DNA of 64,000 nt from Cystobasidiomycetes sp. EMM_F5 (lineage: Eukaryota): assembly GCA_051047955.1 (NCBI GenBank), contig JBPGPT010000013.1, positions 372,001 to 436,000 on the forward strand, given 5' to 3'. The position numbers were made by a program, and so were the translations under genes. The stretch's first letter is position 1, and each line of letters opens with the position of its first letter. Below, in pieces: positions 1 through 12,099 of this stretch. The notes below the pieces were generated by a model that was not told the origin of the DNA, searched no databases, and saw nothing but the letters and a program-made list of their open reading frames with translations.

Positions 1-110
1 TTGCATTGTCGAGGTCGCCGTGCCCGCAGCCTTCGACGGCAACCTGGAGAGCTGTCGTGTCAGCATTCTGCAGCGTAGAGTAAACACAGCAGTCCATATC
101 GCACACGCAT
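1..110 (-). CDS. DBR1: Lariat debranching enzyme, 5' end (runs off the window)
   Basis: ATG CGT at 110-105, then an intron 104-44 (GTGCGA...GCTGAC...CCAG). The spliced reading is MRVAVEGCGHGDLDN, matching the Dbr1 N-terminal M-x-I/V-A-V-E-G-C-x-H-G-x-L-D motif. Not present in the ORF track. Confidence 0.8.
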
Positions 111-570
111 AGCTGGTTGCTGCAAAAATGGGCAGGTTTCGAGGCAAGACAAGCCTGACAGCGTGAACTTAATGACAAGCAGGAAAGAAAGAAGGCCGCC
201 ACAGCGAGCAAGAGGCCTTTCACAACGGACTGGTGTACGTGAGGCAGTGACTTTGAACAACTCGAAGAAGTCGATAACAACCCAAGCTTTTTAAGGAAAC
301 GGCACAAACTAGCATTTCAAGCTCGGTCTTTTCGCGACGGAGAACTGAGACTGACGGACTTGGTGTGAAATCAAGGTGCTACTCTACTGATACTTTAGAA
401 CCTTCAGAGTGCACTGAAGTCAAGTTGCTCTGCGCCGTTCTATTCATCCGCAGCTTTACACGAAGTTGGTAAAAATGCCGAACCGAAACCCGAAAAGCTG
501 GAGTAATTCCCGTGGAGCTCCGGGTTGCTTTCTACCTCTTTCTTCCTGTCAATTCAACTCATATATCACC

Positions 571-1947
571 ATGAAGCACCCTTCCTTCAGTGAAGCTCTC
601 ATCGGGGCAGTCCTGACGTCTTCCGTGTTGGGACAAGCCACAAACTATTCGGCATGGATGGCAGTCAGCCAGATCTCACGAGGACAGGGTATCTTTACTG
701 GTCTACTCGGGTCAAGCGAGTACTTTCAGTGCGGATTCACTCAGAAAGCTTTCCGCGCCTTCATCCAGCAGTATCCGAATGGCAACCAGACAAATACCAT
801 TGGGGCGTACACGAACCGCTCTATCGATTCGATGATTGGCCCGCTCGGTAACGCTTCTGCAGACGTTGGAGTGTCCCTCGACCGCTTCTCAAACGGCAAT
901 GGCTTCATCACTCGCTTTCAAGAGACGGGAAATGCGACCTATCGTCAGGCTGCGGATGCTTTAAGGCAATCCCTCAATCTTCAGCCGCGCAACAGCCTAG
1001 GTGGACTATGGTACTACGTATATCCTAAGTGAGAAATCCTAGCTCTCTTAGGCCGTTCCGCACTAATTGGGCCAATAAAAACAATATGTGAATAATCATA
1101 CATTGCTTTACGCAAATGATGGCATTTGCTTCACAAACATCTCATTAATAGCTGGAGCTACTTAGATGGTTTGTACTCGATGCCAATCTTCTACACAATC
1201 TATACAAACACGTTCAATTCGACAAATGCGACAGCCAGAAGCGATGCTGCCTTACAATTGGACCTGCTGTACCAAAACTGCCAAGATAATTCAACTGGTC
1301 TGCTCGTGCACGGTTACGACAGCTCAAAGACTGCCGTATGGGCCAACAACATCACCGGTGCCAGTTCGCAAGTGTGGGGCCGTGCGTTTGGCTGGTACTT
1401 TATGGGACTAGTCGACTACCTTCAAGTCGTTCCACAGAGTGAACCCTCGTACAACATCACCCTTTCCCGATTGCAGACGTTCAGCTCGCGCTTGGTAGCG
1501 TTGGCAGACCCGGCTAGCGGCGCTTGGTACCAGATTGTAGGGCAAGGCAACAGGACTGGCAACTATATCGAGAGCTCTGCTAGTAGCATGTTTACGTATG
1601 GTCTCCTCAAGGCGTCTCGGTTAGGTTACCTGAGTAATGCTACGATTGCAAATAATACAACATATCGCGCTGCAGCAGTCAAGGCGTACAGATACCTAGC
1701 ACAGACCTTTGTCGTCAATCAAGGCAACGGTACGCTCGGATGGAACGGAACGGTAGCGGTGTGCAGTCTGAACTCGACTGCGACGTATGAAGTGAGTTTG
1801 AGTTCTTGCTTAGAGTATCGATATGCTGATGAATGTTGTCTTGTGCAGTACTACACTGGCCGTCCAATCGAATACAACAATGTCCTCGGCAGCAATGCCT
1901 TCATCTTGGCTTCGCTAGAGTACGAGAGGCTGAATGTGACGATGTGA
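571..1947 (+). CDS. Secreted glycoside hydrolase family 105 (unsaturated rhamnogalacturonyl hydrolase-like)
   Basis: Signal peptide MKHPSFSEALIGAVLTSSVLG. Motifs GGLWYYVYPNWSYLDGLY, GLLVHGYD, WGRAFGW and NYIESSASSMFTY. Introns at 1029-1151 and about 1792-1848. Many N-x-S/T sequons. Confidence 0.9.
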
Positions 1948-2660
1948 GGGTGATAAGCGTGATGGGAGGCAAGGGAACAGCAGTCAGTCATTCAGACAGT
2001 CAGTCACTCTATATCTGCAGCATCATCACAAGCCTATGTGCGTAATTAATATACCCTATCGTCAGTCTTCTCCACTTTGTGGACTATGCTCGTCGTCGTC
2101 GATGTCGGTAGTCCAAGTTGAGCATCAGCATTCCATGATACACATGCACTCAATGCAAGCATCAGCGAGTCAGAAGCTTTCACCGTCCACTGAAAGCGGT
2201 AGTCAGTCTACTCTGTGCCTGGATTTGACCCTCTGAATGGGGCAAGAGGGAGGCTGGCTGCTCGTCCCAGTCAGTAGAGGGCGAGGGTATGCTGCGACAT
2301 AACGAGTAACTGTGAGTATACGGCCATGTTAGTGTAATATCAATGCAAGCGCGGTAGTCGGTATATCCTCGAAGGCTAGTCGCCGTGCATGAATGTTAAT
2401 GCGACCACTGTACGCCTTCCATAACGAGGCCGACGACTGAATTGAATATATCGCGACACTGCATTCGACGACATTTCCCTGCTCTGCTCATCAGCTCGTA
2501 CACTCGCATGCTCAATACTCAATAGCCCTGCGTCGCGTGGGTCGGAAGCAGAATATCGAAAGCCGGCGGTGGACAGCCAGCAGCATTCAACAGCTGGTCG
2601 CACTCAAGACGCTCGTCGAGACTGCCCAAGTCCTCGTAGCGTAATCCAGCTGTCCGCCTT

Positions 2661-4464
2661 ATGGAATCCTCTGCCCAGTCGGTTCAGCGTCAATCAGTAC
2701 CAGAGTCGCAAAGCGGAATTGTCGAGTTGGCTGAGTCTCCAGCGCGAAACACCAGCACAGCTCCTACAGCCTGGTCTCCTCCTCCAAGCTATCGCCAGTC
2801 GGTATCTTCATCCCATTCCGCATACTCCTCTCCGCCTTTCCCTCCACAATCAGCTCCGTCCGAAAAGTACAAACTAGCAATGATGCAGTCAGTCATCACT
2901 ACTACCCACACGGGCCAGAAGGGGAGGTCCACAAGCTTGGATATCAATATGGGAGGGTATGGAGGCAAGGGCGCATCGGCAGGTCACTTCAAGAAACGGT
3001 CGCAGAGCTTGGTCCCGATATTCGATGATAGCTTCACGGGCAGGAGGACGTCCCTGCTAGTGTGGAGAGACAAGGAAACCTCATTCAACTCGCCGAAACG
3101 GAGATGGAGGACGAGGCAAGTCGGCGTCATCCACTTGAGCTGCTTGTCGTACTGACTTTCAGTCTCCCACATCAGGCGGACAATAGGTAGCGCCATCTTG
3201 CTGCTGGTCACTACAAGCACGCTGTATCTCCTTGGGTGCGTTGATTACTCTGTCTTTTTGCACCATACACTAATGCATCGCATACAGCTTCTTTTCTCCC
3301 GCTGGTACCGGGGTGTTGGGCGGAAAAGGTGCTCGCCTATTTGGCAAGACTTGCAATCCGTATGCTGTGCCAGGGCAGATGCATGTAGACTACTCTGAAC
3401 CATCCAACAACTATTGGGAACCTTCGCACACTTCGGGCGGAACTTGCGTAGCTCCTCGGTTCATGCAGACGCTGCGAGAAGGCAACTACGACAAGTTAGA
3501 ATGGCTACGCAACCGTACCGTCATGCTCATTGGCGATTCCATCGAACGCGATCACGTTACCCAGTTTTGCGATTTGCTCGGACAACCAGTCACAATCGCC
3601 AAGGGCAATCATAAATACGCCGTTCCCGTAGATTTCTCGGCGACTTCAGCTTCAGTCAAGAATGATCGATTGAGACGGCTTGCCCTGAAAGGGTTGCAAG
3701 AATCTACATTACCAAGAGTGTGCTATATCCCAGAAGCGAATTTCCTCCTGACGAATGTGTATCACTTTGGGCTGGATGAGCTGGACTACTGGAAGGGCCT
3801 TGATCAATTTCACGGTCCCGGCAGTATCGAGGAGCGTTTCACTGAGCGAGTGCAGCCGTACCTCAAGCTGCTTGAACAGGACGGACGACAGGAGCCGGAT
3901 ATCGTCGAGATTAGCAGTGGAATGTACGATCTTGCGCGATGGGCACAACAGGACATGAGTGCGCAGAGGAGTACAGAAGATCCTCTCACCGACGACAGAA
4001 TCAGCTGGTACCGAGCGCGCACCAAGAAGTTTATGGACATTACCACAGATACGTTTCCGAATGCTATGAAGATGTGGAGAGGTAGCACTCTGCCTGAAGA
4101 TCAAGCTGCCGAACTCGACTACTTCAACGACCGATTCGGGCATTCTCCAGAAACGGTCACGCCGCATTTTGCAGTCGACCGAGTGCAACAGCTCGATACC
4201 GTTGTCCGAAAACTCGCAGAACCCTACAAGCCATCGAGCAGGACTGCAAATGCCCTCGGCAAGCGTGCCATCTTTTCAACAAAGACATTTGTATACAATG
4301 CTTGGTCTAGCATCATTCGTGGCGTACCCGCTCACCAGCTCGATAGGCTGCACGGCAATGATCTTGCGACTCCGGCAGCAGTCATCTGGTCAGATATTAT
4401 GCTGTGGCATCTGAAGCAGACCGTCCTGTCGTCTCAAGCTCAAGAGGTCGCGAGTGCCGCGTAA
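2661..4464 (+). CDS. Type II membrane protein, CAP64/Cas3-like (SGNH/PC-esterase-type polysaccharide O-acetyl-modifying protein)
   Basis: Ser/Pro-rich N-terminal tail, one TM segment (IGSAILLLVTTSTLYLLGFF after splicing), then CNPYAVPG, WLRNRTVMLIGDSIER (GDS motif), SGMYDLARW and a late DRLH (DxxH). Two short introns near 3120-3290. Confidence 0.7.
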
Positions 4465-4775
4465 AAAGGGAGGAGCAAATAGAATCGATAAATCAACACC
4501 CACCATTAATGACCGTCCCTTCGACACTTTCACCCATGTATCCATAACCCACAATCGTTAATCGCATACTTTAGGGCAGGAACGGACAGTAGAGCTGTAC
4601 AAAGTCGCGGCACAGGACCGCCATTAGACTTGACGTGATGTTGTAGATAGTACGAGATGGTTTGAGGAGAGGAAGCGTTGAGAATGCATGAATGCCTGCA
4701 TATATATAGTGATCAGCTTGACGCAATACCACCCTTGAAACGTCTTCATGACCTGACACCCAACCCACCACGGGC

Positions 4776-6426
4776 ATGGCTACAATCGCGAAAGATGGTC
4801 GCAAGAAGATCCAGAAGCACAAGTCTGCCGTGCCGCTTGCTGAAAAGACAGCTTCTGGCAAAGTGCTGGATCTGTCAGTGACGAAATCTGGAAAATTGGA
4901 CAGCCTACCGTCAGACTTTCGGGAGAGGACAGATGAACTACGAAAGCTCGACCTCTCTGGACAGAATGGGCTCCTCCGAAGGATTCCGGATATTCGTTTT
5001 GCTGGACATACCCTTACTTGGCTATCGCTTGCGGCAATGGACTGCTCTGAAGCCGAATGGATGTTTTTGCCAATGCTTACTACCCTGTTTGGTGGGCTTA
5101 TAAGCAAGATATCCTTCGACTAAACAGGCTGACGTGTGCACTATAGTGTTCAATATCTCAACATGCAATCTAGCATCGTTACCGCCTGAATTGGCTGCTG
5201 TGACAACCCTCAAAGCGCTGGTTGCTTCCCACAACGCGCTCACCTCCGCTTCTTTGCAGCACGTCACTCCATTGGTCAACCTCAACTCCCTCATTCTCTC
5301 CGACAACAAGCTCACATCCCTCCCACCATCATTTTCAAAACTCACATCCCTCAAGAAACTTTCCGTCGCAAACAACGCATTGACAGCGGACGCATTGCCT
5401 GATTTCAGTCAGATGACAGCCTTGGAAGAAGTACGACTCAATGGAAATGTAGGCATCGACAACATCCCGGAATCGCTAGGCAAAGCTCCGCAACTGGCAT
5501 TGTTGGAGTTATCGCACACCTGCATATCCGACTTTAAGCAATTACACAAGCTAGCGCCAGCAAGATACCTCATCAATCTCGGCTTACGAGGAACGAAACT
5601 GGCAGAGAGTGCGAAATACCAAGATAGAGTTACGACTGCATTGCCTGGCCTGCGTATATTGGACAATAATCGGTTTGATGCAAAGTATCTAGAGAGAAAG
5701 GAGAAGGCTCGAGAAAAGGCAGTCGCTGAATTGGAGAAAGCGGATGCCAAGGAAGCCAAATCTGGCAAGAAGGCAAGTGACAGCAGGAGTACAGCGACAC
5801 AGCAGGTTGAGCAGGCAGCTACGCCTGTAAAGCGGAAGAAGCGCAAGCTAGTTGGGGAGGATGCGGTAGATGGCAGCGAATCTGGGGTGAGCGATGGGAA
5901 GACCAAATCTATAGAGGCAGTAAAGCCGACCAGGAAGAAGCGCAAGCGCTTAGATGTGACGTCGGACGAGGGTGACGTTGCAGACGAAGCTACATCTGTG
6001 GCAGTACAAGAAGCGGGCGAAGAAGATGCAAACACTGCCGAGCCCAGAAAGCGCAAGAGAAAGAAGCGACAGGAGAAGGAGGAGCAAGGTGAAGAGGCGA
6101 GCATCATATCGCAAAAGGCGCCCAAAGCGGTGGGCGGTTCGCTGTCTGAGCCGCAAAGTGAGCTGCCGGTACCCGTGACAGCGGATGCTCCAGTCGAAGC
6201 AGACGGAGAGGCGGCATCACGGTTAGATGGTGCGCGAGAAGCAGTCGGCAAGACGAGGTCTGCCGTGGTTGGGATTGTCGATGTGAGGAAGGACGCCAAG
6301 CGGGGTAACAAGTCACGCAAGGCAGTGAGGCAAGAGGCACATTTGCAGCGGGAGGAGCCAGCGGACCTATTTGCGGTACTGGCGGGCGAGGCGAGCAGGG
6401 ACAAGGTCGTCCATGGCTGGGATTAA
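4776..6426 (+). CDS. Leucine-rich-repeat protein with a Lys/Glu-rich, probably nuclear or nucleolar, C-terminal tail
   Basis: Repeated LxxLxLxxNxL units (LKALVASHNAL, LNSLILSDNKL, LKKLSVANNAL), an LRR cap LPGLRILD, KRKKRK clusters, and one intron at about 5092-5146. Confidence 0.85.
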
Positions 6427-6487
6427 AGGCGGGGTTAGTTGAGACTGTTGTGGTCATCGCCATCGCCCCTCGACGCCCACCCCACCG

Positions 6488-8100
6488 ATGCTGTCGGCCA
6501 TTGCTGCGCTGGTCAGCTACTATGTCGCGCTGCTCACCACGCCGTCGCCGTCAGTGTCGCTGCTGATATGGGCATCGCACTCTCCTCGCGCGGCTGCCGT
6601 CTACAGGGTATTCAAGGGATTTCTGCGGGCAGTCTTGAGGCAGGGCAGCGAGTTGGAGCGGATACTGCGACACGGAGAGCGGGAGGGGAGCATCAGGCTG
6701 GACAAAGATGGGGATGGTGACGGTGACGGCGAAGATGTGCCATTGAGGCCAAAAGATGGAGGGGGAGCAATCTGGAAAGATGCGGAAACGGTGACGGACT
6801 GGAGGATAGGCGAGTAGTTATCGGTGGTAGAGAGAGACGCGGGCTGACTTGGTTGGTGTGCGAATGGTTTTGGATATCGGATGTCCAGACTATGCAATAT
6901 CCAATTCCAGGATGATGCAGGTGTGCTGGAGAGGAAAGCGGACACGGTCAATTCCAACATACTGACAATAATAACTTCCAGCTGCAGACTGCCCTGCCCT
7001 CCGTCATCGAAGACCCCGACAAGCTCGACGACGTAGCGATTGCAATAGGAAGCGTAAAGTGTCTACCTACGCCGTACATCGCTGCACTGCGGCAAAGACT
7101 GGAACGGCTACAGGTCATGCACGCTGGAAGGCAGCAGATACTCGCAAGAGCGACAAAGGTATATGACAAAGACAATGCAAGACATCAGGAAATGCTGCGA
7201 GAGGTAAATACTTTATCTGGAGAAAGCGGGGAATGACGCTTATTGTATTTCTCTATGAAGCTGTGGACCCTTCTGAAGCCAGACACTAAATTAGACTCGC
7301 TCAGTACAAAGCAGTGGCAGGATGTGAGCTGCATTTGGTCACTCACTGTAATTCCGCTAACTGTCATGCTAGATTGGCTTCCAAGGCAAGGATCCCTCTA
7401 CAGACTGGCGGTCGACGGGACTGCTAGGGTGCGTGGCTCGACTGCGAGTACGTATGCTATTCTAAATAGTGCATACAGGCTCGATGCGTTGTTACATTTC
7501 GCTCGCAAGAATAGTAACGGTAAGAGGGCTCAGATTGTAGTTCGTGAGGCTGTCGAAGGGGCTTCGGGGTGGTGCGTCAATGTACGACATCGTCCGGTCT
7601 TGTGCAACAGGCTGACAACACCAATCTAGGTACCCATTTGCAATCGGTACATTTGACGCATACTTTTGGGTCATCCAGAGACTGATGACTCCGTGCTACG
7701 TACAGCGACAATCACTATCACCGACTTTGTACTCCAACTGCTACGTACGGATCGATTGCGTTACATACTACTCGAATCTCACAGAGGAGTGGAAGAAACG
7801 TTCCTCGATCTCACTTCAGCTCTCATCCTGCATTTTCACACAATGTGGCGCTTCTTGCAGACGTCCGAGCATGTTTCAGAAGCCGGCCGACCAAGACCTA
7901 CAGTCATGAATTTCGAGACTGTATGCAAGCGATGGAAAGTGGAAGTCGCGAGGTGGCTCGAAAGAGGACGAATAGGTGGCTGCCATGATAGTCGAGGTCT
8001 CATCTTTGAAGCGACACCTGCTTCTGCCCCGCACGAGGAGCGGAGCACAGAAGGTGAAGCAGACGTAGATGAATCTGAAAGGCCCCTGATTGAGCTGTAG
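6488..8100 (+). CDS. ELMO/CED-12 domain protein (ELMOD-type ARF GAP-like)
   Basis: Spliced exons give KQWQD-IGFQGKDPSTDWRSTGLLG, WYPFAI and FHTMW...VMNFE, typical of the ELMO domain. Several short introns. Confidence 0.85.
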
Positions 8101-8135
8101 CATAGTCTTGACGCACGTCGCGGTTTAGACGTAGT

Positions 8136-9598
8136 TCATATCATGTACATCTTGGTCAGATAGTCGACGGCTAGACCAGACCAGACGATGAAGCCCAGAT
8201 TTCGATTACTCTTGAACCTCATCCAGCAGTCTGCTCGGTCATTCATGTTGAGGCCTCGCAGCTGCCATACAAGATGGCTTGCGGCTCCCAAGACGCTAAT
8301 AGCATAGAAGGGGATGCCCTGTCCGTTCAAATAGCCAGCGTATGTAAGGAGCGTGAGAAAAGTGGCAGAGAAACCGCTCAGGATAGGCTTGGTGTTTTCG
8401 CCGAAAAGTAGGGCCGTCGATCTAACATTTGCATGTACATCGTCCGTCTTGTCCTGAACAAGCACTGCGTCAATTACAGCGCTTCAATGGAGAGAGTGGA
8501 TGCGAGCGTACCTGATGCGCGTAAATTGTGTCGTATACTAACGTCCAGCAGATGCTTCCAGCATACAATGGCAGAGCGACCTCCCAGTTGGTGGTTCCGA
8601 GGATGGCGGAGGAACCCAGTAGGGCACCCCAGTTGAAGGCGAGGCCGAGCACAAACTGTGGCCAGTAGGTAATGCGCTTCATTAGAGGGTATACGACTAC
8701 CACGCCGAGTGAGGCGGCGCCTAGTAAGATACTGTATCCGATCGCGTTGAGAATGTGGTGTTTGCGTAAGCTTTCAGGCAGACTTACCTATACCAGTTGA
8801 GTTGTGTCAGGATTGCCAATCCCACAGACAACTGCAGACCTAGAAAGGTCACAGCTTGAAAGGGTGTGACTGTACGAGCAGCAAGCGGTCGTAACCTTGT
8901 ACGTTCTGCGAGGGCATAAATTAGAGGTCTTGTATACCGTCTCCGCGCATGAAAGCCAGCAGTATTTACCGACTTTGTTGTCGATATCGCGGTCCCAAAG
9001 GTCGTTTATGGTGCATCCTGCTCCGCGCATCACAACGGCACCAGTACCAAAGAGTGCGAGTTGATATATTGTGGACGATATGGGAAACGCGGAGGAATAG
9101 GCTGCCATTGTAATTGACCAGGCTGCAGTCAATAAACGATGAAGCAGTCAGACTTTCGACAACTGGCTGCACGACTGCTTTGGAAGTCTCACCGCATGGC
9201 CAGTATAACAGCCAGCTGCCGATAGGCTTGTCCAGCCTCGACAGCTCAAAGTATGGCCGTGTCCAGGTCAATGACCGCGGCAGATGATCCAGCCATGACG
9301 GTGGAGGAGCTGGGACTGATGGGCTAACGGAGCTCGCTATTTCACTGACGGGGGTACTGGTGCTCGCATTTCTGCTGACGATACTGAATGGCTGGTGCAG
9401 CTGCGTGACAGGCCTCGTTCTTGTCCATATCGACAGATTATGCCTGGACGAGCTGGAAGGGTTTCGGAAGATGCTGGGTTGAAGACACGAAGGTCGCAGA
9501 GAAAGCGACCTCGACAGACCTATTCGTGCGCCATTATACAGGCAATGTGTCATATTGCACTCCGCCGCTGGCAGCCAGAGTTGGCTGGAAATGGACAT
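8136..9598 (-). CDS. COQ2: 4-hydroxybenzoate polyprenyltransferase, mitochondrial
   Basis: [68 protein letters not shown], and an Arg/Ser-rich presequence. Start codon is 9598 or 9553. Confidence 0.96.
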
Positions 9599-9896
9599 CT
9601 AAACCATATCCCCCGCAAAGCCACAAACATGCCGTCGAGAAGGAATCCGGGCACTACACAAAGTGCATGCATATATCTCGCTCCTGCGCTGCCTTTTGTC
9701 TATCCTTGGTCTGTATGCTCCCCTTGTCGTACAGGTCAGACATCGCCATCGGCATGGCATGGCATTACTAGCTGCAAGAGCGCGTCTCGTATGAAGCCTG
9801 GCCTGCCTCTACCATACATACCAATTTCTGGAGCTCAAGGCCACACCACATCAGAGCGCAGCCATCTCGAGGATCGCGAAACCCGTATACATTGCC

Positions 9897-10904
9897 ATGT
9901 ACTCTCTTGCAAACGCGTCTACTGCGAATGTTGCGGGCAACACGATGAAGCGATCACATCTAGAGTCTGTAGCATCATCGCGCACACTCCGAAGTACCTC
10001 TTCACAGAGATCATCATCACCAGCGTCTGTAACAACTGTTGCCAGCTCATCCTCATACGTCTCTGGAAAAAGTTCAGTCGACTATGCAGGCAAGTCGACA
10101 GAGCAGACGTGCAAGTCGACCGCGCAGACGTCTCGCCAATCTACGATGCAGCGTGATGCTCCTCTTCGCCCGGTCAAGCATAAACCTCCCAATCATCGTA
10201 CTGCTACTCCCCAAGCACCGGCGCTTCAATCATCGTCAAGCTCCCCAGCTGTACCGTCACGAAAGTACCGGAAGGAGCTCATTGCGGAACTCGCGAAGTT
10301 CCGTCCTCGGGCGGATGATTTTAGAAGCAAAAGTTTAAGAGAGGAAATTTATCAACGTGAGCAACGGAAGCTCCATGCCGTCATCCCATGTCGCGAGCAA
10401 AATCTGGGCTGGCTCGATCAGGGAACGCAGGAGGAAAAGGACTACTATGGCAAATGGGCAGTCAGGCTGAGATCGGCACTACAAACCCGCGATACAAGTC
10501 AGGGTTATACGCAATTGCAAGCTGGACTCGCAGCAGACAGTATCGCTCGCTTTCTGATGGTATCGAGGGAAATCGCCCTCACCGGACGTGACCGCGAAGA
10601 CTCGGGTGAAGATGACTTGGATAAAGCTCACAACGCGGCTCTTCTCCAAGCAGAATCGGCCTGGAAAGACTGCAAGGCGGTCACCCGAAGGCCATTAGCC
10701 CCGCAACCTGCTCGCGCAACCAAACGCAAAGGGTCAAAGCGGCAGGATTTGTCCATCCGGAGCATGTGGAATAACATGGTGCGCTTGGTAGGTTGGCCGA
10801 AGGCAAAGCGTGCACCCGGCGTATCAGCATCATCGGCCGCTGAAGGACTTTTTGCGGATCAGCGCAATCCGCGAGGGAAGCGCTACATGAGCACGGTAGT
10901 ATAG
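9897..10904 (+). CDS. Hypothetical protein, paralogue 1 of a local three-member family
   Basis: 335-aa intronless ORF. Shares PPNHRTA, the W-A-x-R-L core and a G-[KR]-R-Y-M C-terminus with the ORF at 13991. Confidence 0.75.
   Translation: MYSLANASTANVAGNTMKRSHLESVASSRTLRSTSSQRSSSPASVTTVASSSSYVSGKSSVDYAGKSTEQTCKSTAQTSRQSTMQRDAPLRPVKHKPPNHRTATPQAPALQSSSSSPAVPSRKYRKELIAELAKFRPRADDFRSKSLREEIYQREQRKLHAVIPCREQNLGWLDQGTQEEKDYYGKWAVRLRSALQTRDTSQGYTQLQAGLAADSIARFLMVSREIALTGRDREDSGEDDLDKAHNAALLQAESAWKDCKAVTRRPLAPQPARATKRKGSKRQDLSIRSMWNNMVRLVGWPKAKRAPGVSASSAAEGLFADQRNPRGKRYMSTVV
10090..10131 (+). repeat. 21-bp tandem duplication inside paralogue 1
   Basis: GCAAGTCGACAGAGCAGACGT / GCAAGTCGACCGCGCAGACGT, encoding KSTEQTC / KSTAQTS. 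Confidence 0.8.
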
Positions 10905-11183
10905 AGGTCTATTGTCGTCATTCGCGTCCATGCAGGAGCTCAATCACTTCCGTAATGCAAGGGCTACTATAAGACCATGCGAAACGCAACATGACTAGCT
11001 TTTGTGCAGGTAATGGGCTGAATGAAAGCCGTAACGAGCTCCGAAACCGCATGAAGTCATCTACACGAATAGATCAATCGTGTGCGTGCTGAGCTGAGAG
11101 GGGAGAATGTGTTAGTTGCACAAGTCGTGAACTGCGTGTTGATATAAACATGGCTTGTAAACGTACCATGCACGATGGGAACG

Positions 11184-11436
11184 TCACTGCCTCAGCCTGG
11201 CACTGCATTTCCAGCAGTAAATCTCGTGAGCAGAGACTGCCGAATGGAAAGATATCCGCCAGCAGTAAGTCAGCTCAAGATGGAGACGCGTTCAAGACGT
11301 CGCGCTCTGGGGACGCACCCTTGTCGGCGTCGACACCAGCGGTGACATTGCAGCCGACTGTCGTGCAGCTGAGCATAACGAACTCTCTCTGTTGGGCCTT
11401 TTCTCGCGACTTGGTTGCAGCGGCCGTAGCGGGCAT
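11184..11436 (-). CDS. Predicted 56-aa four-cysteine (zinc-ribbon-like) microprotein, two coding exons
   Basis: Exons 11436-11319 and 11236-11184, with intron GTGCGT...GCTGAC...GCAG, give MPATAAATKSREKAQQREFVMLSCTTVGCNVTAGVDADKVSAHEIYCWKCSARLRQ*. A further GTACGT...TTGAC...TTCAG intron lies in the 5' UTR (about 11508-11457). Confidence 0.6.
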
Positions 11437-12099
11437 GATGAACACTCGGGATATACCTGAAGGAGGAGGCGTCAATTGAGCTTGGACTGGGCCGCACTGC
11501 CGACGTACGCTTGAGACAGTGTGGATGTGTGAAGAGAGAGATGGCAAGCAGGTCAAGATGCCTCGAGCCGCTCGAGGAATGCTAACGGCTAATTTTCTGT
11601 TGGATGTCCGGTTTGCGAAGCTTCAAGTCAGCCTGCTCTAATTCTCACTAACGCCAGCTGGGTGAGCGTGATTGCTTTGGCGGTCGTCGAAGCCTGTAAC
11701 AAAACACGCGTTCACTAACTCTGATGTTCCTGCGGGATGTTGAGCACTACGAGCATTCCGATCCACAAGAGACAGCTGATAGGACAGCTGAGTTTATCGG
11801 GTTCCCGAAAGTGTGACGTACAACACTCCGAACACCGAATCTGCTCACGAGTTTCACATCATCCACCCTGCAAAGGCGCACCGCCGCCATACACCGCGGA
11901 TTCATAGCCGAAGAAAAGCTACATGGACTTGAATTGACATCTCTCTTACACCACTCTTGCTCCGCAACGCGGACTGAGCGATTTTGACCGGACAAGTCAT
12001 CCCGCCTTCGAGGCATTCACCCGTCGGGCCATCAGCTTTACCCAACAAATCTGTGCCATCAATTGTAGCTTCGCGAGCGACAAATCTCCAAGCGCGACG

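Noticed and set aside
5409..6404. 331-aa antisense ORF opposite the LRR gene
   Set aside because: It is the Ser/Leu/Phe-rich mirror of the Lys/Glu/Ala-rich sense tail, a typical shadow ORF.
9395..10156. 253-aa ORF spanning the COQ2 start and paralogue 1
   Set aside because: It has a non-ATG start, overlaps two better-supported genes and shows no motif.
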